Shown piece after piece: positions 44,478 to 54,228 of a DNA stretch of 64,000 nt (position 1 is the stretch's first letter; each line of letters starts with the position of its first letter). Made by a program: the position numbers and the translations under genes. Source of the DNA: Tagaea sp. (GTDB lineage: Bacteria > Pseudomonadota > Alphaproteobacteria > CACIAM-22H2); the NCBI GenBank assembly GCA_965279525.1, contig CBDIIB010000003.1, positions 32,001-96,000 on the forward strand. Direction: 5' to 3'. Under the pieces are notes generated by a model. That model made no database searches. It was given only the letters and a program-made list of their open reading frames with translations, and was not told the origin of the DNA.

Positions 44478-45596
44478 ATGCAGCAGCCGTTGCCGGGTAC
44501 CGAAACCGCCGATCTCGACACGCCGGCCCTTGTGGTCGATCTCGACATGGTCGATCGCAACATCGCGAAAATGGCGGCCGCCGCAAAAGCGGCCGGGATC
44601 GCGCTGCGCCCGCATGCCAAGACGCACAAATCGCCGGTCTTCGGCCGGCGCCAGGTCGCGGCGGGTGCCGTGGGCCTGTGCTGCCAGAAGGTCGGCGAGG
44701 CCGAGGTGATGGTCGCGGGCGGGATTTCCGACATCCTCGTGACCAACGAGATCGTCGGGCGCACCAAGACCGCACGGCTTGCCGGCCTTGCCCGGCTGGC
44801 GACGATCCGCACCGTGGCCGACAACGCCGAGGCAGTCGCCTGGCTCGGCAAGGCCGCGCGCGCGGCCGGCGTCACGCTGGGCGTGCTGGTCGATTGCGAT
44901 CTGGGGCATGCGCGCACCGGCATCGCCGATCCGCGTGCGGCCGCCGAACTCGGGCAAGTCGTCTCGCACACCGACGGGCTGCGCTTCGACGGGCTGCAGG
45001 CCTATCACGGCTCGATCCAGCACGTCGCCGGCTGGGCCCAGCGCCGCGGTGCCGCCGACGCCGCCAACGAGAAGCTCGCCGCGTTCCGTGCGGCCTTCGC
45101 AGACGCGCGGCTCGTGCCCTCGATCATCTCGGGTGCCGGGACGGGCACGTTCGAGTTCCAGGCCAAGGCCGGCTACACCGAATGGCAGTGCGGCACCTAT
45201 ATCTTCATGGACCGCCAGTACTACAACGCAGGCGGGGCCGACGGCGGGCCCTACGCGCCGTTCGAGCAGGCGCTGACGGTGCTCGCGACCGTGATGAGCC
45301 TGCCGACGGAAGAACGCTTCGTCGTCGACGCGGGCCTGAAGACGATGTCGATCGACGGCGGCGTGCCGGAACCGCGCGACCTTGCCGGCTGGAAGTTCAC
45401 GTTCGGCGGCGACGAGCACGGCAAGCTCGCGCGCACCGGGCCCGGTGCGTCCCCGCGCCCGAAGCTGGGCGACAAGATCCACCTGATCCCCGGCCACGGC
45501 GACACGACGATCAACCTGCACGACGATTATTTCGTCGTGTCGGGCGGCAAGCTCGTCGCGGTCTGGCCGGTGGCCGCGCGCGGCAAGCTGCGCTGA
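44478..45596 (+). CDS. DSD1 family PLP-dependent enzyme (D-threonine aldolase/D-serine dehydratase-like)
   Basis: DTPALVVD, RPHAKTHK, GLQAYHG, GAGTGT, DAGLK, DEHG, IPGHGDTTINLHD. Confidence 0.85.
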   Translation: MQQPLPGTETADLDTPALVVDLDMVDRNIAKMAAAAKAAGIALRPHAKTHKSPVFGRRQVAAGAVGLCCQKVGEAEVMVAGGISDILVTNEIVGRTKTARLAGLARLATIRTVADNAEAVAWLGKAARAAGVTLGVLVDCDLGHARTGIADPRAAAELGQVVSHTDGLRFDGLQAYHGSIQHVAGWAQRRGAADAANEKLAAFRAAFADARLVPSIISGAGTGTFEFQAKAGYTEWQCGTYIFMDRQYYNAGGADGGPYAPFEQALTVLATVMSLPTEERFVVDAGLKTMSIDGGVPEPRDLAGWKFTFGGDEHGKLARTGPGASPRPKLGDKIHLIPGHGDTTINLHDDYFVVSGGKLVAVWPVAARGKLR

Positions 45597-45600
45597 CGGC

Positions 45601-46500
45601 TCAGGTCGCGGCGGCTTCGGCGAGCAGCCAGGCGGCGAAGCGTTCGACCTCGGGCCGGGAGGTTGCGGCCGCGCGGACGAGGAAATACGCGCGCGCCTCG
45701 ACGCGCCGCCGTGTGCCGGCAAGTGCCACGAGCTGGCCCGTCTCGAGGAGCCCGCGCACCAGCGGTCCGCTCGCCAGCGCAAGTCCCTGGCCTGCCACCG
45801 CCGCCTGGATCGTCTGGTCGTAGTGGTTGAAGCTCAGAACGCTGCGCGGCTTCACGTCGGCGAAGCCGAGTGCTGCAAGCCAGCTGCCCCAGTCGCGCGC
45901 CGGCGTGGCGCCGATCCCGTCATAGGACAGCAGCACGGCGCCGGCATAGTCCTTGGCCGTCATCGGCCGGCGTGCGTGGACGCCGACCACCGCCTTGCTG
46001 CCGACCGGGAACACCTCCTCGCCGAATAACTTCTCCGCACCCGGCGGGATCGCGTCGGCCGGCCCGTAGCGCAGCGCCAGGTCGATGCCCTCGCGCTGCA
46101 GGTCGAGCGTGCGGTTGTTGACCGACAGCCGCACGTCGACGTCGGGATGCAGCTTCTGGAACGAGGCCAGCCGCGGCACCAGCCACAGCGACGCGATGCC
46201 GGTGCTCGCCGTGAGCGTGACCGTGCGCGTCCCGCCGCCGCGAAGGGATGCCGCGGTGGCGGCAAGCGCCCGCAACGCTTCGGCGACGGTGCGCGCCAGC
46301 GTCTCGCCGGCCGGCGTCAGGTCGAGCTTTCGCGTCGTGCGCGCGAACAGGCGCACGCCCAGATCGTCCTCCAGCGTCTTGATCTGCCGGCTGATCGCCG
46401 ACGGCGTGACGAACAGCTCCGCTGCCGCGCGCGCGAAGCTCAGATGGCGTGCCGCGGCGTCGAAGCCACGCAGCGCGTCGAGCGGGGGAAGTTTATTCAT
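45601..46500 (-). CDS. LysR regulator (GcvA-like)
   Basis: LPPLDALRGFDAAARHLSF, VTPSAISRQIK, WLVPRL. Confidence 0.9.
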   Translation of the reverse strand: MNKLPPLDALRGFDAAARHLSFARAAAELFVTPSAISRQIKTLEDDLGVRLFARTTRKLDLTPAGETLARTVAEALRALAATAASLRGGGTRTVTLTASTGIASLWLVPRLASFQKLHPDVDVRLSVNNRTLDLQREGIDLALRYGPADAIPPGAEKLFGEEVFPVGSKAVVGVHARRPMTAKDYAGAVLLSYDGIGATPARDWGSWLAALGFADVKPRSVLSFNHYDQTIQAAVAGQGLALASGPLVRGLLETGQLVALAGTRRRVEARAYFLVRAAATSRPEVERFAAWLLAEAAAT

Positions 46501-46608
46501 GCTTCACACGCATCAATAGAGTGAGAATTGATCGTTTGTCGCCCATCTGACTTTGGAAAACAATATCACATCGTTGCGACAGACGCATCAATACGACAGG
46601 AGACCGCC

Positions 46609-46926
46609 ATGTTCCAGTCCCAGACCCCGTACCGGCTTTCGCTGTCCGCCGGCCGCCATGCCGTGCTCGCCGACGCGCGCGGCACGCGCATCGCCTGCGC
46701 CGATGGCGTTCTATGGATCACCCAGTATGGCGACCTGCGCGACATCGTGCTGAACGCCGGCGACGCGTTCGTCGTCGATCGCGACGGCAAGGTCGTCGTC
46801 AACGCCCTTTCGGACTCGGCCTTCGCGGTCGTCCCGCCGCCGCCGCCCGTCTCGCGCCGGGCGCGCATGTGGCGCTGGCTGCTCGGCGACGGGGCGCCGG
46901 ATTCGCGGCATCTTTCCGCGGGCTAG
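46609..46926 (+). CDS. DUF2917 family protein
   Basis: CADGVLWITQYGDLRDIVLNAG; AGGAG RBS; divergent from LysR. Confidence 0.8.
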   Translation: MFQSQTPYRLSLSAGRHAVLADARGTRIACADGVLWITQYGDLRDIVLNAGDAFVVDRDGKVVVNALSDSAFAVVPPPPPVSRRARMWRWLLGDGAPDSRHLSAG

Positions 46927-46978
46927 TGCATCGTTGTATGCCGTGGTGCCGGGCACCCGGAACCAATATGTTCGCGCG

Positions 46979-47875
46979 ATGAATGCCAACACCGTCTACC
47001 GTTCGCCCGTCCTGCTGCTCGTGCTGGCCTGCGCGTTCTGGGGCGGCAATGTCGTCGTCGGGCGCGCGGTCGTCGACACGGTCCCGCCGGTGGCACTCGC
47101 CTTCTGGCGCTGGGCGCTGGCACTGGCGATCCTCACGCCGTTCGGCCTCGGTGCGGTGCGCGCGGCGTGGCCGGCGGTGCGCGCGAAATGGCTGAACCTC
47201 GCCGCGTCGGGCGTGATCGGCGTGGGGCTCTACAACACGCTCGTCTATCTGGCGCTCGAACACACGACGGCGATCAACGCGACCGTCGTGTTCGCCGCGA
47301 TGCCGATGATGATCGCCGGCCTCGGCTGGCTCGTGTTCCGCGATCCGTTCAACCGCTTCCAGGCGGCCGGCATGGCGATCTCGGCGGTCGGCGTGGCGAT
47401 CCTGATCGCGCGCGGCGAACCGGCCGCGCTGCTGGCGCTCGATTTCAACCGCGGCGATCTCCTCGTGCTGGTCGCGTGCCTGTGCTGGGCGGTGTTCAGC
47501 CTCTTGCTGCGCGGCCGGCCCAAGGAGCTGCGCCCGGTCGGGCTGCTCTACGTGCAGGTCTTCTTCGGCGCGCTTTCGCTGCTGCCCTTCTATCTGTGGG
47601 AGGTCGCGGTGGCCGGACGCGGCTTCGCGCCGGGTGCCGCGACGCTGGGTGCCATCGGCTACGTGGCGATATTCCCCTCGCTGCTGTCGTTCTTCTTCTG
47701 GAACCGCGCGGTCGAGCTGGCGGGGCCGGCGACGGCGGGACTGTTCCTCAACCTGATCCCGGTCTTCGCGAGCCTGCTGTCGATCGCCTGGCTCGGCGAA
47801 GCACCACAGCCCTACCACGCGCTGTCGATGATGGCGCTGTTCGGCGGGCTCCTGCTGGCGACGCGCAAGGCCTGA
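46979..47875 (+). CDS. DMT/EamA family transporter
   Basis: FWGGNVVVGR, PVALAFWRW, NRGDLL, NLIPVF; about 10 TM segments. Confidence 0.88.
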   Translation: MNANTVYRSPVLLLVLACAFWGGNVVVGRAVVDTVPPVALAFWRWALALAILTPFGLGAVRAAWPAVRAKWLNLAASGVIGVGLYNTLVYLALEHTTAINATVVFAAMPMMIAGLGWLVFRDPFNRFQAAGMAISAVGVAILIARGEPAALLALDFNRGDLLVLVACLCWAVFSLLLRGRPKELRPVGLLYVQVFFGALSLLPFYLWEVAVAGRGFAPGAATLGAIGYVAIFPSLLSFFFWNRAVELAGPATAGLFLNLIPVFASLLSIAWLGEAPQPYHALSMMALFGGLLLATRKA

Positions 47876-48423
47876 TCAGGCCACGTCCTCGGGCCCGGCC
47901 CAGAGCATCTGGATCAGGTCGCCTTGCTTGATGTCGTGCATCTCGTAGGAGCGCGCATAGGCGACCAGCGACACGACGAGACCGGCCGTCCCGTCGTCGC
48001 GCGCGAAGGGCAGCATCAGGCGCTTGAAGGCACCGCTCAATGCGCCGTCGGGCGGGACAGGAGCCCGCGCGCGGCGGCCGGCAGGCCCGTGGCGAGCACG
48101 CGCTCGAGATGGCCGCGCCGCTCCTCGAAATGCGCCGGCTCGACGATCTGGTCGAGATAGCGCCCCTTGTTGTCGACGCCGAGTTTCTCGACGACCTTGG
48201 CGCCCGCCAGCCGCTGGAAAAAGCGCCCGTCGGGATCGCGCTCCAGCACCTGCAGGCTGGGCATCATCTTGGGAAAGCGGAACGGGTCGAACTGGCGGTA
48301 GCGCGGCAGGCCGCCGGCTTCGCGGCGCATCGCGCACCAGTCCTCGAACAGCGCCGCCATCGCGGGCTCGCGCAGCCGGGCGGCAAACGAAGATGCGCCG
48401 TCGTCGAACGGTTCGCGCGCCAC
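47876..48423 (-). pseudogene. PAS-like (DUF1457/PAS_5) protein, frameshifted
   Basis: W..LPRYRQFDPF..RLAG..G.YLD..VLATGLP ends at a stop at 48037; the expected C-terminal FKRLMLPF is in the adjacent frame. Confidence 0.65.
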
Positions 48424-48497
48424 GCGTTCTAGTCCTCCCCGACAATCCTTGCGGGTATCATCGCAAAGTTATCGACTGGACTACAGTAGTATTTATT

Positions 48498-48863
48498 CTA
48501 CTGGCGTGGGGCGGCCAGGAACGCGACGAGGGCGGCGCGCGCGGCGGGATCCTGCAGGCCGTTGGCGCCCATCCAGAGCCCGGGGAACATCGCATCTGGA
48601 TCGTCGAGAAAACGCGCGAGCCCGGCGGTGTCCCACACCGGTGCCTGCGCGCGCGCGCGGCGCAGGGCCGGCGAATAGTCGAACTGCGGATCGCCGCCGA
48701 CCGGCCGGCCGACAAGGCCGGCGAGATTCGGGCCGGGCTTGTCCGCAGCTCCGGCCTCGATCGCGTGGCACGACGCGCACCGCTCGGCGAACAGCGCGCG
48801 TCCGTCCTGTGCGGCGGCCGGCAGCGCCAGGACCGCCAACGCGAAAACGAAGCCTGCCTTCAA
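48498..48863 (-). CDS. Class I c-type cytochrome (cytochrome c2-like)
   Basis: Signal peptide, CASCH heme motif, GPNL, FDYS, PGLWM axial Met; TTG start overlaps the upstream stop. Confidence 0.85.
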   Translation of the reverse strand: MKAGFVFALAVLALPAAAQDGRALFAERCASCHAIEAGAADKPGPNLAGLVGRPVGGDPQFDYSPALRRARAQAPVWDTAGLARFLDDPDAMFPGLWMGANGLQDPAARAALVAFLAAPRQ

Positions 48864-49858
48864 GCGCCGTACTGGATGCGCACGAGCCGGTCGTTGCCGC
48901 TTTCCCCGCCCCAGGCCTCGCCGTCGATGCCGTCCATCTGGCGGACATTGGCGTCGGACGTGTCGGACGGGAAGGCGGTGAAGCGCTCGTTCGCCGGATC
49001 GAAGCGCACGATCGAATTGGACGCGAAATCGGTCAGCCACACCTTGTCGGACGGATCGACCCAGACCGAATAGGTGCGCGGGCGTTCGCCCGGCAGGCGC
49101 CAGGCCTTCCACGAGCCGTCGCGCGGATCGTGCATCGAAACGTTTCCGCTGTTCCACTCGCTGATCCACAGCCGGCCGGCCCGGTCGCTCCACACGCGAC
49201 GCGCACCCTGGTTGGGTGTGGGCGGGTCGAGCACGCGCACGCGCCCGGTGTCGAGGTCCTCGATATGCGCCAGATGGTTCCCGGCGAGCGACACGTACCA
49301 GATGCCGCCTTGCGGCGTGCGCGTGATGCCGTAGGCACCAGCACCGCGCGGCGCTTCCCACACGTCCATCTTCTCGGTTGCCGGCACGAAGCGGCCGTAG
49401 ACACCCTTCTGGCCGGTGAACCAGAAGGTCCCCTTCGCGTCGAACACGCCGGTGTTGAGGTTCGTGTAGCCGAAGCGCTCGGGAAGCTTCCACAATTTCA
49501 CTTCGTGCGATTTCGCATCGACGCGCGCGATCGAGTTCTGCCCGCCGTCGGTAACCCAGGCCGCCCCGTCGGGGCCACGGACCACGCCGTGCGGGGCCGA
49601 GCCCTGGCCCAGTGCCACGACGCGCACCGCACCGGTCGCCGGGTCGAGGCGGCCCAGCGTGCCGTTGCGCTGGCCGCAGAACCAGAACGTGCCGTCGCCG
49701 GCCGCCGTCACGTCGCGCGAGCCGACGCGCCCGCCGCCGGGCTGCCGCACGTTGAAATAGGTGAGCTTGAAGCCGGCGGGCACCGAAGCGGCGGCCGGGG
49801 CGAGCGCGCCGAACGCAAGACCGGCGCTGCCAAGGGCGAGGAAATCGCGACGAAGCAT
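48860..49858 (-). CDS. Virginiamycin B lyase (Vgb)-like beta-propeller, Tat-exported
   Basis: MLRRDFL Tat signal; repeated blades GRLDP, SAPHGVVRGPDGAAWVTD, YGIT, RRVWSD, IVRFDP. Confidence 0.8.
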   Translation of the reverse strand: MLRRDFLALGSAGLAFGALAPAAASVPAGFKLTYFNVRQPGGGRVGSRDVTAAGDGTFWFCGQRNGTLGRLDPATGAVRVVALGQGSAPHGVVRGPDGAAWVTDGGQNSIARVDAKSHEVKLWKLPERFGYTNLNTGVFDAKGTFWFTGQKGVYGRFVPATEKMDVWEAPRGAGAYGITRTPQGGIWYVSLAGNHLAHIEDLDTGRVRVLDPPTPNQGARRVWSDRAGRLWISEWNSGNVSMHDPRDGSWKAWRLPGERPRTYSVWVDPSDKVWLTDFASNSIVRFDPANERFTAFPSDTSDANVRQMDGIDGEAWGGESGNDRLVRIQYGA

Positions 49859-50069
49859 GGGGCTGATCCTCCGGGGGCAGGATGAAGTGCGAAGGATGCG
49901 CCCGGACGGGCGGCAGCACAAGCCCGTGCCCTTGTAACGGCCGGCACTTCCGCCCATATCTGCGGCACGGGCCCCATGGGCCGGAATCGCCTTGAAATCC
50001 AACGAAACGTCCCACCCGACGCCCGCGACGGCGCCGGGACGCGATCCTTTTTCCCGTCAGGAGAACGAC

Positions 50070-50207
50070 ATGGCCAAAGGCCAGAAACGCAGCAGCCGCG
50101 AACTCCGCAAGCCCAAGGCGCCGAAGAACAAGATCTCGGCAGCACCTTTCATCACGACGTCGCAGGCCGCCAAGAAGACCGCGCCGCCCGCAAAAACCAA
50201 GAGCTGA
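50070..50207 (+). CDS. Small Lys-rich protein (45 aa)
   Basis: AGGAG RBS, then MAKGQKRSSRELRKPK...; not a standard ribosomal protein that I recognise. Confidence 0.65.
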   Translation: MAKGQKRSSRELRKPKAPKNKISAAPFITTSQAAKKTAPPAKTKS

Positions 50208-50216
50208 AGGGACAAC

Positions 50217-50525
50217 ATGAAATATCTCGGCAAGATCGCGGGCGAAGGCACGCTGACGGCAGGCGGCGAACATGTCGACAGCGCCAGCTACGAGATCGAC
50301 GGCTTCCTCAAGCCCAAGATCGGCGTTTCGGGCAGCGGGGAGATCCGCGCGTCGGCGAACGCGCTGAGCCGCGTGTTCGGGCGCCGCGACATCCAGATCG
50401 TCACGGTCGACGGAAGGCGCATCGACGTGCGCTTCTCCGAGCGCAAGATGGCGCCCGGCGCGCGCGTGGCACATGTCGAGCTGTCCGGCGCGCTGCCGAC
50501 CGCCCGGACGGACTGGGCCGGCTGA
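50217..50525 (+). CDS. Hypothetical protein (102 aa)
   Basis: Beta-rich ORF MKYLGKIAGEGTL...; TGATG coupling to the next gene. Confidence 0.65.
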   Translation: MKYLGKIAGEGTLTAGGEHVDSASYEIDGFLKPKIGVSGSGEIRASANALSRVFGRRDIQIVTVDGRRIDVRFSERKMAPGARVAHVELSGALPTARTDWAG

Positions 50526-52873
50526 TGGCCCCGCCCGAGCACGGTCCGGCGGCACTCGCGCGCGATCCCGCGGCGCATGCCCGCCAGCCGGGGGCGAACC
50601 GGCTGGCGCGCGTGGCGTTCGTGGGCAATTCGCTGCCGCGCCGGTGCGGGATCGCGACGTTCACGTCCGACCTGCAGCAGGCCGTCGCTGGCAGTGGCCG
50701 CGGCCACGCCATCGACACCGCGATCGTCGCCATGACCGATCACGCGCAGTCCTACGACTATCCGGCAAGCGTGCGTTTCCAGGTCGCCGACAGCGACCTT
50801 GCGGACTACGTGCGCGCCGCCGAGTTCATCAATGCCGGCGGCTACGATGCCGTCTCGCTCCAGCACGAGTTCGGCATCTTCGGCGGTGCCGCGGGCTCGC
50901 ACGTGCTGACGCTGCTGTCCGGCCTTTCCGTGCCGGTCGTCACGACGCTGCACACCGTCCTGTCCGAGCCCACGCCCGCCCAGCGCCGGGTGCTGTCCGG
51001 CATCGTCGAGATGTCGGCGAAGGTCGTCGTGATGTCGGAAAAGGCGCGCGAGCTGATGCGCACGGTCTATCGCGCACCCGCCGACCGGATCGAGATGATC
51101 CCGCACGGCATTCCCGATTTCGGCTTCGCCGAGCCCGACGGCGCCAAGCTGGCACTGGGGCTTGGCGGACGGCCCGTCATCCTCACCTTCGGCCTGCTCT
51201 GCCCGAACAAGGGCATCGAGTACATGATCGACGCGATGCCGGCGATCCTCGCCGGACGCCCCGACGCGGTCTACGTGGTGCTCGGCGCCACGCATCCCAA
51301 CCTTGTGCGCGACGAGGGCGAGGCCTACCGCGATAGCCTCGTCGCGCGCGCGCGCGCCCTTGGCATCGGCGACAGCGTCCTGTTCCTCGACCGCTTCGTC
51401 GACCGCGCCACGCTGCTGCATTTCATCTCGGCCTGCGACGTCTACGTGACGCCCTATCTCAACGAGGCGCAGATGACGTCGGGCACGCTCGCCTACAGCT
51501 TCGGCCTCGGCAAGGCGGTCGTCTCGACGCCCTACTGGCACGCGCGCGAACTGCTGGCGGGCGGCAGGGGCGTGCTCGTGCCCTTCGCCGATGCTGCCGC
51601 ACTCGGAAACGAGATCGCCGGCCTGCTTACCGACGATGCGCGGCGCGACGCGATGCGCGCACAGGCCTATGCCGACAGCCGCTCGATGACGTGGGAGCGC
51701 ACGGCGGAAAGCTACGTCGCCATGTTCGAAAGCGCGCGGCGCGGCCATCTGCGCGTCATAACGCGCCCCGACATCGCCGAGCCGGCACGCGGCAGCACCC
51801 GGCTGCCCGAGACGAATTTCGGCCACCTGCATGCGATGTGCGACGACACCGGCATCTACCAGCATGCGGTCCATACGGTCCCGAACCGCGCGCACGGCTA
51901 CTGCGTGGACGACAACGCGCGCGCGCTGCTGCTTGCCTGCCGGCTCGGCATGGCCGGCGAGACGCGCATGCCCGCGATCTACACGTCGCGCTTCGCCGCG
52001 TTCGTCCAGCATGCGTGGAACCCCGTCACGCGCCGGTTCCGCAATTTCATGGGCTTCGGGCGCGACTGGCTGGAAGAGTCCGGCTCGGAAGACAGCCATG
52101 CGCGCACGCTGTGGGCGCTGGGCGAGTGTGCCCGGTCCGACACGAGCCTTGCCCGGCGCGACTGGGCCGCCGGCCTGTTCGCCGAGGGTCTGGCCCCGGT
52201 CGAGGCGTTCGGCTCGCCGCGCGCGTGGGCATTCACGCTTCTTGGTCTCAACGCCTATTGCGCGCGTTTCGCGGGCGATTCGGGTGCCGCCCGGCTGCGC
52301 CGCGTGCTGGCCGACCGCCTGCTTGCCCTCGTCGAGCAGGTCGGAACGGACGAATGGATGTGGTTCGAGGAGAGCCTCGCCTACGACAACGCGAGGCTCG
52401 CCGAAGCGCTGATCGTCTCGGGCACGGCAATGCGCCTCAACGGCCATGTCGCGGCGGGCCTGCGGAGTTTGCGCTGGCTCGTGCGCCGGCAGACCGGCCC
52501 GCTGGGCGTCTTCCGCCCGGTGGGCACGCAAAGCTTCGGCATCGACCGCGCCACGCCGGATGCGTTCGACCAGCAGCCGCTTGAAGCGACCGCGACGATC
52601 GCGGCCTGCCATGCCGCGTGGCGCGCCGACGGCGACGGCGAGTGGCTCGCCGCCGCCATGCGCGCCTTCGCCTGGTTCGCGGGCGCCAACGACCTGTCGC
52701 AGCCGCTCGTCGATCCCGAAACGGGTGCCTGCCGCGACGGGCTGCACCCCGACCGGCCGAATGCGAACTGCGGCGGGGAATCGGTCATTTCATATCTGCT
52801 CGCTCTGACGGAAATCCGCCAGATCGCGCGCCTCGGCGAAAACCGGACGAAGTTCGCGCCGAGACTTGCCTGA
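50525..52873 (+). CDS. GT4 glycosyltransferase fused to a C-terminal (alpha/alpha)6 glycosidase-like domain
   Basis: RRCGIATF, QHEFGIFGG, PNKGIE, QMTSGTL, STPYW; C-terminal GIYQHA, YCVDDNAR, YDNARL, FDQQPLE, CRDGL, GGES. Confidence 0.88.
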   Translation: MAPPEHGPAALARDPAAHARQPGANRLARVAFVGNSLPRRCGIATFTSDLQQAVAGSGRGHAIDTAIVAMTDHAQSYDYPASVRFQVADSDLADYVRAAEFINAGGYDAVSLQHEFGIFGGAAGSHVLTLLSGLSVPVVTTLHTVLSEPTPAQRRVLSGIVEMSAKVVVMSEKARELMRTVYRAPADRIEMIPHGIPDFGFAEPDGAKLALGLGGRPVILTFGLLCPNKGIEYMIDAMPAILAGRPDAVYVVLGATHPNLVRDEGEAYRDSLVARARALGIGDSVLFLDRFVDRATLLHFISACDVYVTPYLNEAQMTSGTLAYSFGLGKAVVSTPYWHARELLAGGRGVLVPFADAAALGNEIAGLLTDDARRDAMRAQAYADSRSMTWERTAESYVAMFESARRGHLRVITRPDIAEPARGSTRLPETNFGHLHAMCDDTGIYQHAVHTVPNRAHGYCVDDNARALLLACRLGMAGETRMPAIYTSRFAAFVQHAWNPVTRRFRNFMGFGRDWLEESGSEDSHARTLWALGECARSDTSLARRDWAAGLFAEGLAPVEAFGSPRAWAFTLLGLNAYCARFAGDSGAARLRRVLADRLLALVEQVGTDEWMWFEESLAYDNARLAEALIVSGTAMRLNGHVAAGLRSLRWLVRRQTGPLGVFRPVGTQSFGIDRATPDAFDQQPLEATATIAACHAAWRADGDGEWLAAAMRAFAWFAGANDLSQPLVDPETGACRDGLHPDRPNANCGGESVISYLLALTEIRQIARLGENRTKFAPRLA

Positions 52874-52920
52874 CGATCGGCGCCGATCCGGCGCCTTTCG
52901 GGAGAGAACCGGAGCGCACA

Positions 52921-54222
52921 TTGTCGCAAGTCAAATTCCTAACCCGCCAGGGACTCTTCCTGCGTCCGGATCCCGGGCGCGTGGTCGTGCGCCGGTTCCG
53001 GCCCGCGATCGAGCCGCGCGACCTCAACCCCACCGACAAGACGCGCGCCAACCACATCGTCGACCGCGTGCTCGCCCTCGATCCCGAGACGACGGCCCGC
53101 CAGCTGCGCGACGTGCTCGAGAATTTCGAGGGCCGCCACCGCAACCTGCCGGCCATCTTCGAGACGCGCGCCGACGAGATGGAAGTGGCCTTGCGCGACC
53201 ACGCGGCGTTCTCGATCGAGCAGCGCCAGCTCGTCGGCGCCTATTTCATGCACGAATACTCGTTCGAGGCCTCGGCCCTGTTCAACCCGAGCATCGTGCC
53301 CCATCCTGACCAGACGGGGGCACCCGCCGGCGGATGCCGCTTCATCCTCAGCCTGCGCGCGGTGGGCGAGGGGCATATCTCGTCGCTGACGTTCCGCGCG
53401 GGCTCGATCGACGCCGACGGCCGCGTGACGCTGGAGCCGACGGCACGCCTCGCCTCGATCCCCGAGGTCGTACGCCGCGTGGCGTGCGCGCAGGGCGAGA
53501 TCGTCGACGTGGCGTTCCGCACGGAAGAGGACATCAGCGAGCGCGTGATCTTCCCGCTGACCGAGGCGCAGTCCAACGGCATCGAGGACGCGCGCTTCGT
53601 GCGCTGCGAGGAAGACGGCAAGGCGACCTACCGCGCCACCTACACGGCGTATAACGGCCGTGCCATCCGTTCGGAAATGATCGAGACCGACGATTTCGTC
53701 TCGTTCCGGCTGACGCCGCTCAGCGGTACGGCCGCGCGCAACAAGGGCATGGCGCTGTTTCCGCGCCGGATCGACGGCAAGTACGCGATGATCGCGCGCC
53801 AGGACAACGAGAACCTCCATCTCGTCCTGTCGGACGACCTGCTCGTGTGGAATGGCGGCGTGGCGATCCTGCAGCCGAAATATCCGTGGGAGTTCGTGCA
53901 GATCGGCAACTGCGGCTCGCCGGTCGAACTCGACGAAGGCTGGCTCTTGTTCACGCATGGCGTGGGGCCGGTGCGCAAATACGCGATCGGCGCGGTGCTG
54001 CTCGACCGGACGGACCCGGCCAAGGTGCTGGCCCGCTCGCGCGAACCGTTGATCCGCCCCGAGCCGTTCGAGCGCGAAGGCTACGTGCCCAACGTCGTCT
54101 ATACGTGTGGCGCCATGCGCCACGGCGACCAGATCGTGCTGCCCTACGCGGTGTCCGACACGTTCTCGAACTTCGCCACGGTCAAGATCGCGGACCTGCT
54201 GGGGTCGATGGAGAAGGTGTAG
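52921..54222 (+). CDS. Glycoside hydrolase family 130 protein
   Basis: FNPSIV, EDARF, YTAY, NKGMALFP, GNCGSP, EREGYVPNVVYTCG; GGAG RBS with TTG start. Confidence 0.85.
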   Translation: MSQVKFLTRQGLFLRPDPGRVVVRRFRPAIEPRDLNPTDKTRANHIVDRVLALDPETTARQLRDVLENFEGRHRNLPAIFETRADEMEVALRDHAAFSIEQRQLVGAYFMHEYSFEASALFNPSIVPHPDQTGAPAGGCRFILSLRAVGEGHISSLTFRAGSIDADGRVTLEPTARLASIPEVVRRVACAQGEIVDVAFRTEEDISERVIFPLTEAQSNGIEDARFVRCEEDGKATYRATYTAYNGRAIRSEMIETDDFVSFRLTPLSGTAARNKGMALFPRRIDGKYAMIARQDNENLHLVLSDDLLVWNGGVAILQPKYPWEFVQIGNCGSPVELDEGWLLFTHGVGPVRKYAIGAVLLDRTDPAKVLARSREPLIRPEPFEREGYVPNVVYTCGAMRHGDQIVLPYAVSDTFSNFATVKIADLLGSMEKV

Positions 54223-54228
54223 GGGCCA

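Noticed and set aside
48860-49858. Bona fide streptogramin resistance gene vgb
   Set aside because: Only fold-level resemblance; the Tat signal and cytochrome partner argue against assigning the symbol.
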